Source: Desulfomicrobium sp.
Lineage (GTDB): Bacteria > Desulfobacterota > Desulfovibrionia > Desulfovibrionales > Desulfomicrobiaceae
Assembly (NCBI GenBank): GCA_040768745.1
Contig: JAXGMI010000001.1
Location: 512,001 to 576,000 of the forward strand
Length of the DNA stretch: 64,000 nt
Reading direction: 5' to 3'
Shown here piece after piece: positions 40,895 through 50,636 of the stretch. The position numbers and the translations under genes are program-made. The stretch's first letter is position 1, and every line of letters starts with the position of its first letter. The notes beneath the pieces are model-generated. The model saw nothing but the letters and a program-made list of their open reading frames with translations. It made no database searches and was not told the origin of the DNA.

Positions 40895-42341
40895 GGGATG
40901 TCCTTTCCGGCCGGGCGGCTTCGGTCTGCCACGACCATCCCCCGCCCAGCGCCTTGTACAAGCTGATGAGCGTCAGCACCCCGTCGGCACGGGCGGTGGC
41001 GAGGTTGTCCTCCACGGACAACACACTGCGCTCGGTGTCGAGCACCGATTGGAAATCAATCAATCCGCTGCTGTAGCGTTGCCGCGCCATTTCTGCGGCA
41101 TTGCGCTCAGCCTCGACGGCATTGGCCAGCGCCCTCACCCGTTCCCGGTTGCGCGCCAGGGCAACAAGGGCGTTCTCCACCTCCTCCAGTGCCTCCAGGA
41201 CGACCTGTTCGTAAGCCACCAGTGCCTGCTCCCGCACAGCGTTCTGGATTTCGACCTGACCTCGCAGGCGGCCGGCGTCAAAGATGGGCGCCGAGATGCC
41301 GGCAAGAAGCGACGACGTGCCTGTCCCGCTGCTTCCGAGAGCGCCCAGGGACAGCGCTTCGAATCCGATGGTTCCGGAAAGATTGAAAGCTGGATAGCGC
41401 GCTGCCTCGGCAGCGCCGATCCTGGCGGTTTCCGCTGCCAATGTGCGCTCAGCCGCACGCACGTCGGGCCGCTGGCGCAGGATGTCCGCCGGAATGCCAA
41501 CCGCGATCCCCTCGGGCACGGCCGGGAGATCCCCTGACGGAGTGAGCCGGGCCTGCAGCGTCCCGGGAGTCTGCCCTAAAAGGACATCCAGCCGATGTCC
41601 CGCCTCGGCCAGGCTGGTTTCCAGGTTGGGTATCTGCGCCCTGGTCTGCTCCAGGTTGCCGCGGGCCTGCTCAACGTCCTGACTGCTGACTAAGCCGGCC
41701 TGGGCGCGCCATTCGGTGAGCTGAAGCGTCTCCGACTGGGTGGCAAGATTTTCCCGGGCAATGCGCAGGCGAAGCTGCACGGTGCGGAAGTCCATGTAGT
41801 TCCGGCCCACTTCGGCTGTCAGGGTAACCTGCGCGTCGTGCAAACGGGCTATGGACGATTCGAAGGAGGCCCCGGCAGCCTCGACGCTGCGCCGTACCCC
41901 GCCGAAGAGATCAAGCTCCCAGGCTGCATCGAATCCCGCGTTGAACAGCTCACGCGTGGTTCCACTGCCAACTTCCTTGCTCGACTGGCTGCGCCTGGCA
42001 TTGCCGGATGCGGCCAGGTTGGGAAAGAATTCAGACACAGCCACTCCCCGGCGGGCCCTGGCTTCCCATAACTTGGCCTGTGCGCTGCGCACATCCGGGC
42101 TGTTCAGCAAGGCCTCCTCCACCAATGCGATGAGCAGGGGATCGTCCAGGTTTTCCCACCACTGGCTGATGTCTGCCACCGGATCAGGATGCGTCACAGG
42201 ACGGGCAGACGTATCGAGGTTGGTCCACCCTGCTGGTGGGGCCATTGCCGGAGGAGTGTAGTCAGGACCCACTGCAGCGCAAGACGCAAGGATGACGAGG
42301 CAAAGCAGGAAGAACGCACGAGAGAGAATGATCACATGCAT
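40887..42341 (-). CDS. Outer-membrane efflux lipoprotein (NodT/OprM family)
   Basis: Lipobox LASC, WELDLFG, RQRPDVRAAE, LYKALGGGW. Confidence 0.95.
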   Translation of the reverse strand: MHVIILSRAFFLLCLVILASCAAVGPDYTPPAMAPPAGWTNLDTSARPVTHPDPVADISQWWENLDDPLLIALVEEALLNSPDVRSAQAKLWEARARRGVAVSEFFPNLAASGNARRSQSSKEVGSGTTRELFNAGFDAAWELDLFGGVRRSVEAAGASFESSIARLHDAQVTLTAEVGRNYMDFRTVQLRLRIARENLATQSETLQLTEWRAQAGLVSSQDVEQARGNLEQTRAQIPNLETSLAEAGHRLDVLLGQTPGTLQARLTPSGDLPAVPEGIAVGIPADILRQRPDVRAAERTLAAETARIGAAEAARYPAFNLSGTIGFEALSLGALGSSGTGTSSLLAGISAPIFDAGRLRGQVEIQNAVREQALVAYEQVVLEALEEVENALVALARNRERVRALANAVEAERNAAEMARQRYSSGLIDFQSVLDTERSVLSVEDNLATARADGVLTLISLYKALGGGWSWQTEAARPERTSHE

Positions 42342-42592
42342 GTCGATTCGCCCCCGCGTGTCTTGCGGTCCTGGCAGGACGCTCCAGAATCATATGAAAT
42401 ACACTGCTTCACATTCTCCTCAAATGCCACAAGACTTGCCACGATGGGGATTCCCAGACGTTGTGCCCTTGTGCGCGACAACGCCGCAGTCTGCCTGCCC
42501 AGCCGTTGCGCAGGGAGGCTGCCGGTCTTTCCTCTTCAATGCATGAAAGAGGCCGCGTGTTCCGAAGTGCATCACCTGGCGAATTCCCGGAC

Positions 42593-42617
42593 AAAAAAAG
42601 GCATCCCGAAGGATGCC
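42593..42617 (-). terminator. Terminator after second PilZ gene
   Basis: Minus strand GGCATCC-TTCG-GGATGCC-TTTTTTT. Confidence 0.8.
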
Positions 42618-42678
42618 ACCATTGACCAAGAACAAAATACACGGGCATGATTGTCTGATTGCGCAGTGAAATGCGAAA

Positions 42679-42981
42679 TCAATTCACAAATTCCACACCC
42701 ACTCCGTAAAACCCGGAGCAGCTGCCTTCCTGGGCAGAACACCACCGCACGATCCCATCGTAGCACGCCTTGTCGAGGCCTGAATCCCCTTTTTTTTCCG
42801 CATCAAATTTGATGGTTACAGGGGACCATTCCAGCAGCAGGTAGTCCGATTCAAGCATCACCCCGCCCGTGCTGTAGTTGAGAACCCTCGAACCGAACGT
42901 GAATTCCTCCAGAAAAAAAATCTCCACGTTGCATGGCTCAAAGCTTGCTTTCCGGGGGTATCTTCGTTTTTCCATTTCCAT
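42679..42981 (-). CDS. Stand-alone PilZ-domain protein (paralog of 6730-7044)
   Basis: RRYPR and NYSTGG motifs; VRWC..GVGVEF. Confidence 0.85.
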   Translation of the reverse strand: MEMEKRRYPRKASFEPCNVEIFFLEEFTFGSRVLNYSTGGVMLESDYLLLEWSPVTIKFDAEKKGDSGLDKACYDGIVRWCSAQEGSCSGFYGVGVEFVN

Positions 42982-43287
42982 ATTCCCAGGACATCACAAA
43001 TCGAATGGATTGATGGGACAATCCTGAATCATTGAAAAATCCTATTCGCAAACCCAGACATCTCACTGCACCGGGCAGCGCCTATCTCTCGTTCCTGTAC
43101 GATATAATATTTCCCATACTCTTCTCGGGCGTCCCGGGCAACCCAATATTGGCGGAACTGCCAATATTTTGTGCGCAACGGCGCGGAAGGCAGCCCTTCG
43201 TCAGCCGGGCCACCCCTCCTCCTTTTGGGGCGACACAATGCCTTGTCATCCTTGTCATCCCCGGCTGCCTGCCGTAACCACAGAGCC

Positions 43288-44160
43288 ATGCCGGAAATCG
43301 ATTTGCACACCCACTCCACGGCCTCCGATGGGACCCTCAGCCCGACAGCCCTTGTGGCTGCAGCTGCGGCCATGAAACTCAGGGCCATCGCACTGACGGA
43401 TCATGACACCATCCAGGGCCTCCCCGAAGCCTGTGCAGCTGGGCAGGAACTCGCCCTGGAGGTCATCAGCGGATGTGAACTGAGCGTCAACTTCCCCAAA
43501 GGGAGCATGCACATCCTCGGGCTGTGGATTCCCCTGCATCCGGCCCGGCTGCAGTCCACCCTGGACAGGTTGTCCTCCCTGCGCAGGTCCCGCAACGAAA
43601 CCATCCTCCGGAATCTGAACCATTACGGGGTTGAGGCCACGTACGACGAGCTGGAACGGATAGCGGACGGGGGGATCATTGGCCGGCCCCATATCGCCCA
43701 GCTTCTGGTCAGCAAGGGGGTCGCCCTGAACCTGCAGGATGCGTTCATCAACTGGCTGCGGCCCGGGACCAAGGGCTACGCGCCGAAAGAAAAGCTGGAC
43801 CCACGGGAAGGCATTGATCTGTTGAAGGAGGAGGGAGCGACTGTCATCCTGGCCCACCCCTGCACCCTGCACCTGGAAGGGCCCGAACTGGAAGGTCTTC
43901 TCCACGAACTCAAGGACTGGGGGCTCGACGGGGTGGAGGTCATCTACTCCATGCACACCCAGGCTCAGACCGATACCTATGCCCGCTTATGCCGCAAGCT
44001 CGACCTGCTCCAGAGCGCAGGCTCGGACTTCCATGGTGCCAACAAGCCGAACATCTCCCTGGGGCGGGGCAAGGGAGGGTTGAGACCAACATACCGCCTG
44101 GTGGAGCGGATGAAGGAACGACGCGCCGCCCAAGGTCTCTCAATCCCTTCCTGCAGCTGA
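43288..44160 (+). CDS. PHP-domain phosphoesterase (TrpH/YciV-like)
   Basis: DLHTHSTASDG, LTDHD, GRPHIA, AHP, GSDFHG. Confidence 0.92.
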   Translation: MPEIDLHTHSTASDGTLSPTALVAAAAAMKLRAIALTDHDTIQGLPEACAAGQELALEVISGCELSVNFPKGSMHILGLWIPLHPARLQSTLDRLSSLRRSRNETILRNLNHYGVEATYDELERIADGGIIGRPHIAQLLVSKGVALNLQDAFINWLRPGTKGYAPKEKLDPREGIDLLKEEGATVILAHPCTLHLEGPELEGLLHELKDWGLDGVEVIYSMHTQAQTDTYARLCRKLDLLQSAGSDFHGANKPNISLGRGKGGLRPTYRLVERMKERRAAQGLSIPSCS

Positions 44161-44179
44161 TTTCCACGGAACACAGACT

Positions 44180-45403
44180 ATGCTCCCTTTGCCTGAACTT
44201 CTCGTTCCAGCCGCCGACCCGGATAAACTCGACACGGCCCTGACCTACGGGGCCGACGCCGTGTATGTGGGAGGAAAGGAGCTGAACCTGCGGGCCAAGT
44301 CCGGGGGATTCTCCTTTGCAGAGCTGACCCAGGCCGTGACCCAGGCCCACGCCCGCCAGTGCGCGGTCTATTTCACCCTCAACCTCCTGGCCTGGGAGGA
44401 GCATCTTCCGGCCGTGGCCCGCTATCTGGACGAACTGGCAGCCTCCGGCGTCGACGGGATCATCATCGCCGACCCTGGCGTCCTGGCCATGGCCGCCAAA
44501 CGCGTCCCGCACATCCCCATCCATCTTTCGACCCAGGCCAACACCTCCAATTCGGCCTCCGCGGCCTTCTGGAGGGATCAGGGCGCCACTCGCGTCAATC
44601 TGGCCCGGGAGCTGGGAGCCCGGCGGATCCGGACCCTGGTTGAAAATGTGAGTGGCCTTGAATTGGAAGTTTTCGTGCACGGCGCCATGTGCATGGCCAT
44701 CTCAGGCCGCTGCCTGCTCTCGGCCCATGTCAACGAGCGCTCGGCCAATCTGGGGCAGTGCACCCATCCCTGCCGCTTTGACTACAGGGTCACGGGACTG
44801 CGCCTGGAGGAAAAACTGCGTCCAGGCCGGGATATGTGGGAACTGGTGGAGGGCGGGGAATATGCCCAGATCATGAGCGCCGAGGATCTTTGCCTGGTCA
44901 AGTATCTGCCCTGGTTCCAGCGCACTGGCGTGCACAGCCTGAAGATAGAGGGACGCATGAAGACGTCTTCCTACCTGGCCCAGGTCACGGACGTGTACCG
45001 CACGGCCCTCGACGACGTGGCGCAGCGGACGTGTCGGCCGGCCCTGTATTTGGACGAACTCCGCCAGACAGCCACCCGGCCCCTGTCCACAGGTTTTTTC
45101 ACGCCCGTACGCCGCACACTGGCTTTGCCCCTGCCCCGGGACCAACGCAAGAACATTGTCGCCCGGGTACGCGAAGAAATCCGGCCCGGCCTGTGGGCCA
45201 TGGATGTCAAACACCGCTTCCTGGCTGGCGACCCCCTTGAAATCCTTGTCCCTGGCCTGCGACGTCCGGTCATGGATTCCGGAACGTATGGGGTGGAGAG
45301 GCAGGACGGCAGCCTTGTCCGGGAGGTGCACAGCGGCCTGCGCCTTGTGCTGCGCAGCGATCACCCAGATCTCAGGACTGGGCTCTTTCTGCGGTCCAGG
45401 TGA
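44180..45403 (+). CDS. Peptidase U32 family (TrhP-like tRNA hydroxylation protein)
   Basis: GADAVY, HLSTQAN, LAREL, HGAMCMAISGRC, CTHPCR, KIEGR. Confidence 0.9.
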   Translation: MLPLPELLVPAADPDKLDTALTYGADAVYVGGKELNLRAKSGGFSFAELTQAVTQAHARQCAVYFTLNLLAWEEHLPAVARYLDELAASGVDGIIIADPGVLAMAAKRVPHIPIHLSTQANTSNSASAAFWRDQGATRVNLARELGARRIRTLVENVSGLELEVFVHGAMCMAISGRCLLSAHVNERSANLGQCTHPCRFDYRVTGLRLEEKLRPGRDMWELVEGGEYAQIMSAEDLCLVKYLPWFQRTGVHSLKIEGRMKTSSYLAQVTDVYRTALDDVAQRTCRPALYLDELRQTATRPLSTGFFTPVRRTLALPLPRDQRKNIVARVREEIRPGLWAMDVKHRFLAGDPLEILVPGLRRPVMDSGTYGVERQDGSLVREVHSGLRLVLRSDHPDLRTGLFLRSR

Positions 45404-45440
45404 TCGGCGCACGGATAGACGCGGCACCCCTGGCCGGACC

Positions 45441-46586
45441 CTACTCCCTTTCTCCGAGCAGATACCGCAGCTGGGCCACGCTCTTACCCGTCTTCGCGGC
45501 CAGGTCCTTCAGGGCCTCAAACTCCGGCCGGCTGTAGCGCCGCCCGTCCAGAACCATGTCCTTGACCCGGAGTTGCCCCCAGGGCGAGGCCTGCGTTGCT
45601 GCTTCACGCGGCACCACTGCCCTCAGGGTCTCAGTGATACGCAAACCAAGGGTCATGGTCTGGGCAAAAACCAGGTCGCGGATGCGGGACAGGTCTCCGG
45701 GCCGGCAGAGCACCTGCAGCAGCCCGCCCGGCCGGTTCTTCTTCATCACCCCGGGCAGAAAAAGAACATCCAGGGCCCCCTGCGACAAAAGCACCGAAAA
45801 GACATCGCCCAACTCCTCCCCGGTCAGGTGATCGACATTGGTCTCCAGCACCATGACCCGCTCTGTGCCCGGCTCCCTGCCGGAAAAAAGCATCGCCCGC
45901 AGCCCATTTACCGTCCCCAGGTCCATGGTCCCGAGCCCGAGGCCCGTACGTTCGATCCGCCCAACGGGGCCGGATGCGAACTCGTCCACAAGCTGGTCGA
46001 CCAGGAGGGCGCCTGTGGGCGTGATGACTTCCTGCACATACTCCGACGCGTACACAGGTTTCCCGCGCAAAAGTTCCAGGGTAGCTGGGGCAGGGAGGGG
46101 CATGAGGCCATGGGCGCAGCGCACGGTTCCGGAAAACCAGGGCAGCTTCGAACACGTCACGCGGGTCACGCCGAGACACTCCACGGCCCAGAAAGCCCCG
46201 ACTACATCGACGAGGGTGTCCACGGCCCCTATTTCGTGGAAATGGATCTGCTCCAGCTCCACATCATGCACTTTTGCCTCCACCTGACCCAGGCGTTCCA
46301 ACGCGGCCTGGGACCGGGACCGGACCTGTTCAGAAACAGGCAATTTCCCGATAATACCGGTCAGATCATGAAGATGGCGCAAAGGTTGCTTTGCCGGCCC
46401 TTCGATGTGCAGGCGCGTCCCGGCAATGCCCTGGCTGCGCGCCTGCACGGCCGCAACATCAACCTGCAACCCGGCGTGGCGGAACGTGGCGCCCAGAACG
46501 GCAAGATCCACTCCCAGATCCGCCATGGCCGCCAAAAACATGTCCCCGGCAATCCCGGCTGGACAATCAAGATACAACTCGGGCAT
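45441..46586 (-). CDS. larC: Nickel pincer cofactor biosynthesis protein LarC
   Basis: GIAGDM, HFHEIGAVD, CAHG..P.PAPAT, TPTGA, ETNVD, MKKNRPG, PEFE. Confidence 0.9.
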   Translation of the reverse strand: MPELYLDCPAGIAGDMFLAAMADLGVDLAVLGATFRHAGLQVDVAAVQARSQGIAGTRLHIEGPAKQPLRHLHDLTGIIGKLPVSEQVRSRSQAALERLGQVEAKVHDVELEQIHFHEIGAVDTLVDVVGAFWAVECLGVTRVTCSKLPWFSGTVRCAHGLMPLPAPATLELLRGKPVYASEYVQEVITPTGALLVDQLVDEFASGPVGRIERTGLGLGTMDLGTVNGLRAMLFSGREPGTERVMVLETNVDHLTGEELGDVFSVLLSQGALDVLFLPGVMKKNRPGGLLQVLCRPGDLSRIRDLVFAQTMTLGLRITETLRAVVPREAATQASPWGQLRVKDMVLDGRRYSRPEFEALKDLAAKTGKSVAQLRYLLGERE

Positions 46587-46625
46587 TTTCTTCCTCACCG
46601 TCAATTTTTTACACGCAGGCACCAC

Positions 46626-47438
46626 ATGCGCATCGCAGCCGTTCAGGTCTCCGGAATTCCCGGAGATGTCCAGGGCAATCTGGAAAAAATCCGGATCCAC
46701 ACCCAAAAAGGGGCCGCAGCTGGATGCCGACTCCTCCTGTTCCCGGAACTGACCGACCTGGGTTACGACCTGCGCGCTGTGCCCCGTCACGGACCCGCAA
46801 CCTGGAAAACCTCCCAGGGCGTCCTGGCCGGCTTGGCCAGGGAGTTCTCCCTCTGCCTCGTCTGTGGCGTCTGCCTGGCCGACGGCCACAACCATGCCAA
46901 CGCCCTGGTGGCCTGGGGACCGGACGGGGAGATCCTGGTCATCTACCGCAAGACCCATCTCTTCCGGGCCGGAGACATCGACGAGACCCAGGTTTTCCGG
47001 GCCGGAGACGCGGCAACCTGCTTCGAGCTGGATGGGATCAGATTCGGTCTGTCCATCTGCTATGATCTGCGCTTTCCGGAGCTGTTCCGCACCCTGGCCC
47101 TGGGAGGATGTCACGTCCTGCTGCTGGCCGCGGCCTGGCCCAGGGCAAGGATCCATGTCTGGAAGCCTCTTTGCATTGCCAGGGCCGTGGAGAACCAATG
47201 CTACCTTGTGGGGGCCAACCTCGTCGGTGATCAGGGGATGTATCCCTGTGGAGGAGCCTCCCTTTTTGTCACACCCGCAGGTCAGACGACAGAGGCAGAC
47301 CCCCGGCAGGAATGTCTCGTCCACGGCTCGGTCTGCACGGAAGAGCTGCGCGAGATCCGGAATGCCGTTCCCGCCCTAGCGCACCGCCGTCCGGATCTGT
47401 ACGCGCGAGGCTTGTCCTATTGCCCATCCTCTCTTTGA
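46626..47438 (+). CDS. Carbon-nitrogen hydrolase (nitrilase family, YafV/Nit-like)
   Basis: LFPE, YRKTHLF, ICYDLRFPE, ARAVEN (E-K-C triad). Confidence 0.92.
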   Translation: MRIAAVQVSGIPGDVQGNLEKIRIHTQKGAAAGCRLLLFPELTDLGYDLRAVPRHGPATWKTSQGVLAGLAREFSLCLVCGVCLADGHNHANALVAWGPDGEILVIYRKTHLFRAGDIDETQVFRAGDAATCFELDGIRFGLSICYDLRFPELFRTLALGGCHVLLLAAAWPRARIHVWKPLCIARAVENQCYLVGANLVGDQGMYPCGGASLFVTPAGQTTEADPRQECLVHGSVCTEELREIRNAVPALAHRRPDLYARGLSYCPSSL

Positions 47439-47545
47439 CGGACCAAAGAAAAGATATTAGTAGTCTGGCAACTTACGCGCTTGCATGGTGTGATAAACGC
47501 AGTGTATCTCACAATGGGCATGCCGCCCCTCCAAGGAGAACTGAC

Positions 47546-48220
47546 ATGATTATCAAGGATTGGATGACAAAGGACGTGATCACGGTGGACCCCGAAGCCT
47601 CCATGATGCGTGCGGCCAAGCTGATGAAGGAAAAAGGCATTCGCCGGTTGCCCGTCGTCGACGACAAGGGCAAGGTGGTTGGCATGCTCAGCGACCGTGA
47701 TGTGAAGGAAGCGTCCCCCTCCAAGGCCACGACTTTGGACGTGCACGAGCTCTACTATCTTCTGTCCGAAATCAAGGTCAAAAACATCATGACCCCCAAT
47801 CCCATGACCATCAGAGACTCGGACACGGTGCTCAAATGTGCTGCCATCATGCATGACAAGAAGGTCTCCGGCTTGCCCGTCCTGGACGACAACGACCGAC
47901 TGGTCGGCATCATGACCCAGAACGAGGTGTACCGGGTTCTCCTGAGCATCACCGGCGTCTACCACGGCGGCGTGCACATCGGACTTAAGCTTCCGGACGA
48001 AAAAGGCAGCCTGAAGGACGCCCTTGACTGCCTGCGCAGTTACAAAACCCGGGTCATTTCCATCCTGACGTCCTACGACAAGGTCGAGGAGGGATTCCGC
48101 GAGGTTTTCATCCGCATCAAGGACGTGGACAAGGCCACCCTCAACGACCTCAAGCAGGAATTGACCGACAAGCATGGCCTCACCTTCCTGGTGCGGGACA
48201 GCATCAATCCCATCAACTAG
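47546..48220 (+). CDS. CBS-pair + ACT domain protein (AcuB-like)
   Basis: RRLPVVD, SPSKATTLD.HEL.YLL, GLPV; AAGGAG RBS. Confidence 0.9.
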   Translation: MIIKDWMTKDVITVDPEASMMRAAKLMKEKGIRRLPVVDDKGKVVGMLSDRDVKEASPSKATTLDVHELYYLLSEIKVKNIMTPNPMTIRDSDTVLKCAAIMHDKKVSGLPVLDDNDRLVGIMTQNEVYRVLLSITGVYHGGVHIGLKLPDEKGSLKDALDCLRSYKTRVISILTSYDKVEEGFREVFIRIKDVDKATLNDLKQELTDKHGLTFLVRDSINPIN

Positions 48221-48235
48221 ACGACGCTGCGCCAT

Positions 48236-48268
48236 GCAAAGCCCGCAGGCATGACCAGCGGGCTTTGC
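48236..48268. terminator. 11-bp hairpin after the CBS gene
   Basis: GCAAAGCCCGC-N11-GCGGGCTTTGC; only a weak U-tract. Confidence 0.5.
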
Positions 48269-48286
48269 CGTACTGAAGGAGCACCG

Positions 48287-48427
48287 ATGCAAGACAGCTA
48301 TCCCATCAAGGACACGTTCAACGAGATCGTCAACACCCTGCAGGCCGCTCTGGACACGGATTACGTCATTGGCCTGCTGGTGGCCACGGCGCTTCTGTCC
48401 TTCATCATTGGTCGCATGAGCAAATAG
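48287..48427 (+). CDS. Small single-TM protein (46 aa), below the ORF-track cutoff
   Basis: AAGGAG-N5-ATG; MQDSYPIKDTFNEIVNTLQAALDTDYVIGLLVATALLSFIIGRMSK; mostly G/C at third codon positions; own terminator. Confidence 0.7.
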   Translation: MQDSYPIKDTFNEIVNTLQAALDTDYVIGLLVATALLSFIIGRMSK

Positions 48428-48448
48428 GTTCCAACCGCCCGTTTTCAC

Positions 48449-48488
48449 GAACCGGATTCCCGCCCTGGACGGGAATCCGGTTCTTTTT
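48449..48488 (+). terminator. Rho-independent terminator
   Basis: 14-bp stem GAACCGGATTCCCG / CGGGAATCCGGTTC followed by TTTTT. Confidence 0.8.
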
Positions 48489-48511
48489 GTCCGGGCCATG
48501 AGCGGTCCGGC

Positions 48512-49312
48512 TCAAGTCTGCACTGCGTTGCAGGCCAGATGCGGGCAGAAATCCAGAATTCCTGCCGTGAGGCGGGAGGCCTCTCCCTGTCCCTCGTGCA
48601 GGACCAGACCTGGGGCCACACGGAGTCCGGATCCGCCGTTCTTCACTCCCCGGACCAGCACCATGCGGGCCGCATCTTCGGCCCGGGGATGCACAAAGCA
48701 GAGCACCTTGGGCCGCAGGCGGCTTTCCCGCAGCAGGACGAGCAGGTCGTCGGCCCGCTCGGCCAGATGGATAAAAGCGTAGGGTTTTTTGTTGCCCAGG
48801 AAGAAGGCGGTGGCGCGGATAAAGTCGGCCAGACCTGCACCAGTCTCGAAGCGGGCCGCGTTCTTCACAGCATCGGGGCAGGCCCGGCCCGTTCTTGGAT
48901 CTCGGTAGGGGGGATTGCACACGACCAGGTCCATGCTCCCGGGCCTCAGTCCGCCAGGGTTGGCCACATCGCCCTGCAGCACCGCAAAGCGCTTTTCGAG
49001 CCCAAGGCGGCGGGCGTTTTCCCGGGCATGGTTGAGCATGACCGGACTTGCGTCCAGGCCGACCACAACGGAATCGGGATGGCCCAGGGCCACGGCAAGC
49101 CCCACCACACCGCATCCTGTTCCCAAATCAAGGACCCTGCCCCGCACCTCCCACTGCCCGGCAAAGGCGGCCAGCAGCAGGGCGTCCAGGGAAAAGCGGA
49201 ATCCCTGCCGGGGCTGTGAAAGGCCACGCGGAAACATGTCCCGGGCCCGCGCCTGGTCCGGATCAGACATCCCGGCCCGGTCTGCGCTCACGGCTTGTGT
49301 CTCTTGCATCAT
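48512..49312 (-). CDS. tRNA1(Val) A37 N6-methyltransferase-like (YfiC/TrmN6 family)
   Basis: Q..GFRFSLDALLLA, LDLGTGCG, CNPPY, ARFE. Start uncertain. Confidence 0.85.
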   Translation of the reverse strand: MMQETQAVSADRAGMSDPDQARARDMFPRGLSQPRQGFRFSLDALLLAAFAGQWEVRGRVLDLGTGCGVVGLAVALGHPDSVVVGLDASPVMLNHARENARRLGLEKRFAVLQGDVANPGGLRPGSMDLVVCNPPYRDPRTGRACPDAVKNAARFETGAGLADFIRATAFFLGNKKPYAFIHLAERADDLLVLLRESRLRPKVLCFVHPRAEDAARMVLVRGVKNGGSGLRVAPGLVLHEGQGEASRLTAGILDFCPHLACNAVQT

Positions 49313-49342
49313 GAGTGGGCTGGAGATGAACGTGAACCGGGG

Positions 49343-50566
49343 CTATTTCAGCACGGACCGCAGACGATCCATGGCTTCCTGCACATTGGCCGAACTGTTG
49401 AAGGCCGAAATGCGGATGAAGCCCTCGCCGCAGGCCCCGAAGCCCGCCCCTGGGGTGCACACGACGGCAGCCTTGTTCAGAAGCATGTCGAAGAACTCCC
49501 AGGACCCCATCTTGCCGTCGATCCACACATAGGGCGAATTCTCGCCGCCCACGCAATCGAAGCCCAGGGCCGTCATCTCCGCGCGAATGATGGCCGCGTT
49601 GGCCAGATAATGGTCCACCAGGGCCTTGGACTGGATCTTGCCGGCCGGCGTGTACACCGCCGCTGCGGCCTTCTGCACCGGATAGCACACCCCGTTGAAC
49701 TTGGTGGTGTGGCGGCGGTTCCACATGGCGTGCAGGCTGTGCGGATTGCCGTGGGCATCAAAGGCCATGCAGTCCTTGGGCACCACGGTGAAGGCCAGGC
49801 GGGTGCCGGTGAACCCGGCGGTCTTGGACAGGGAACGGAACTCGATGGCCACTTCCCGCGCACCCTCGATCTCGTAGATGGACCTGGGCAGTTGTGGATC
49901 CCGGATAAAGGCCTCGTAGGCGGCGTCGAAAAGGATGAGTGCCTTGTTGGCCCTGGCAAAATCCACCCATGTCTTCAACTGGTCCCTGGTGATGGTCGCG
50001 CCGGTGGGGTTGTTGGGGTAGCAGAGGTAGATCAGATCCACCGACTCCGTCGGCAGGGCCGGGATGAAGCCGTTGGCCTTGGTCCCCTCCAGGTACACCA
50101 GACCCTCGTAGCGGCCGCCGACATTCTGTCCGGTGCGCCCGGCCATGACATTGGTGTCCACATAGACGGGATAGACCGGGTCCGGGACGGCGATGCGGAT
50201 GTCTCCGGCAAAAAGCTCCTGGATATTGCCGGTGTCGCATTTTGCCCCGTCGCTGATGAAAACTTCATCCGCGGAGATGTCTGCGCCCCGGGACTGGAAA
50301 TCCTCCCTGGCGATGAGTTCGCGCAGGAAGTCATAGCCCTGCTCCGGGCCGTAACCGCGGAAGGTCCCGGCCACCGCCATCTCATCCACGCCTGCATGGA
50401 AGGCCGCTATGACGGATTCGGGCAGGGGTTCGGTCACGTCCCCGATACCCAGCCGGATGATCTTCCTGTCCGGGTTGGCGGATTGGTAGGCCGCAACACG
50501 GCGGGCAATATCGGCAAAAAGATAGGATGCTTTGAGTTTCAGGTAATGTTCGTTGATGCGGATCAT
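49343..50566 (-). CDS. dapL: LL-diaminopimelate aminotransferase
   Basis: [42 protein letters not shown]. Confidence 0.96.
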   Translation of the reverse strand: MIRINEHYLKLKASYLFADIARRVAAYQSANPDRKIIRLGIGDVTEPLPESVIAAFHAGVDEMAVAGTFRGYGPEQGYDFLRELIAREDFQSRGADISADEVFISDGAKCDTGNIQELFAGDIRIAVPDPVYPVYVDTNVMAGRTGQNVGGRYEGLVYLEGTKANGFIPALPTESVDLIYLCYPNNPTGATITRDQLKTWVDFARANKALILFDAAYEAFIRDPQLPRSIYEIEGAREVAIEFRSLSKTAGFTGTRLAFTVVPKDCMAFDAHGNPHSLHAMWNRRHTTKFNGVCYPVQKAAAAVYTPAGKIQSKALVDHYLANAAIIRAEMTALGFDCVGGENSPYVWIDGKMGSWEFFDMLLNKAAVVCTPGAGFGACGEGFIRISAFNSSANVQEAMDRLRSVLK

Positions 50567-50636
50567 CGGCATTCCTCATGGGTTGGTTGCGTTGTGTAGA
50601 AACGTGGCCGTACCGTCAAAGGACGCACAGCTCAAG

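Noticed and set aside
42335..42445. GAGGAG-AAT-GTG leader ORF and GTGGCA direct repeats upstream of the efflux operon
   Set aside because: RBS spacing is short and the repeat is only 6 bp, so it cannot be distinguished from chance.
45441..46586. Programmed frameshift in larC
   Set aside because: The gene is one continuous frame here.
45156..47438. 760-aa and 627-aa overlapping ORFs as giant fusion proteins
   Set aside because: They are upstream extensions of the nitrilase-family gene (start 46626) and larC (start 46586) through each other's antisense strand.
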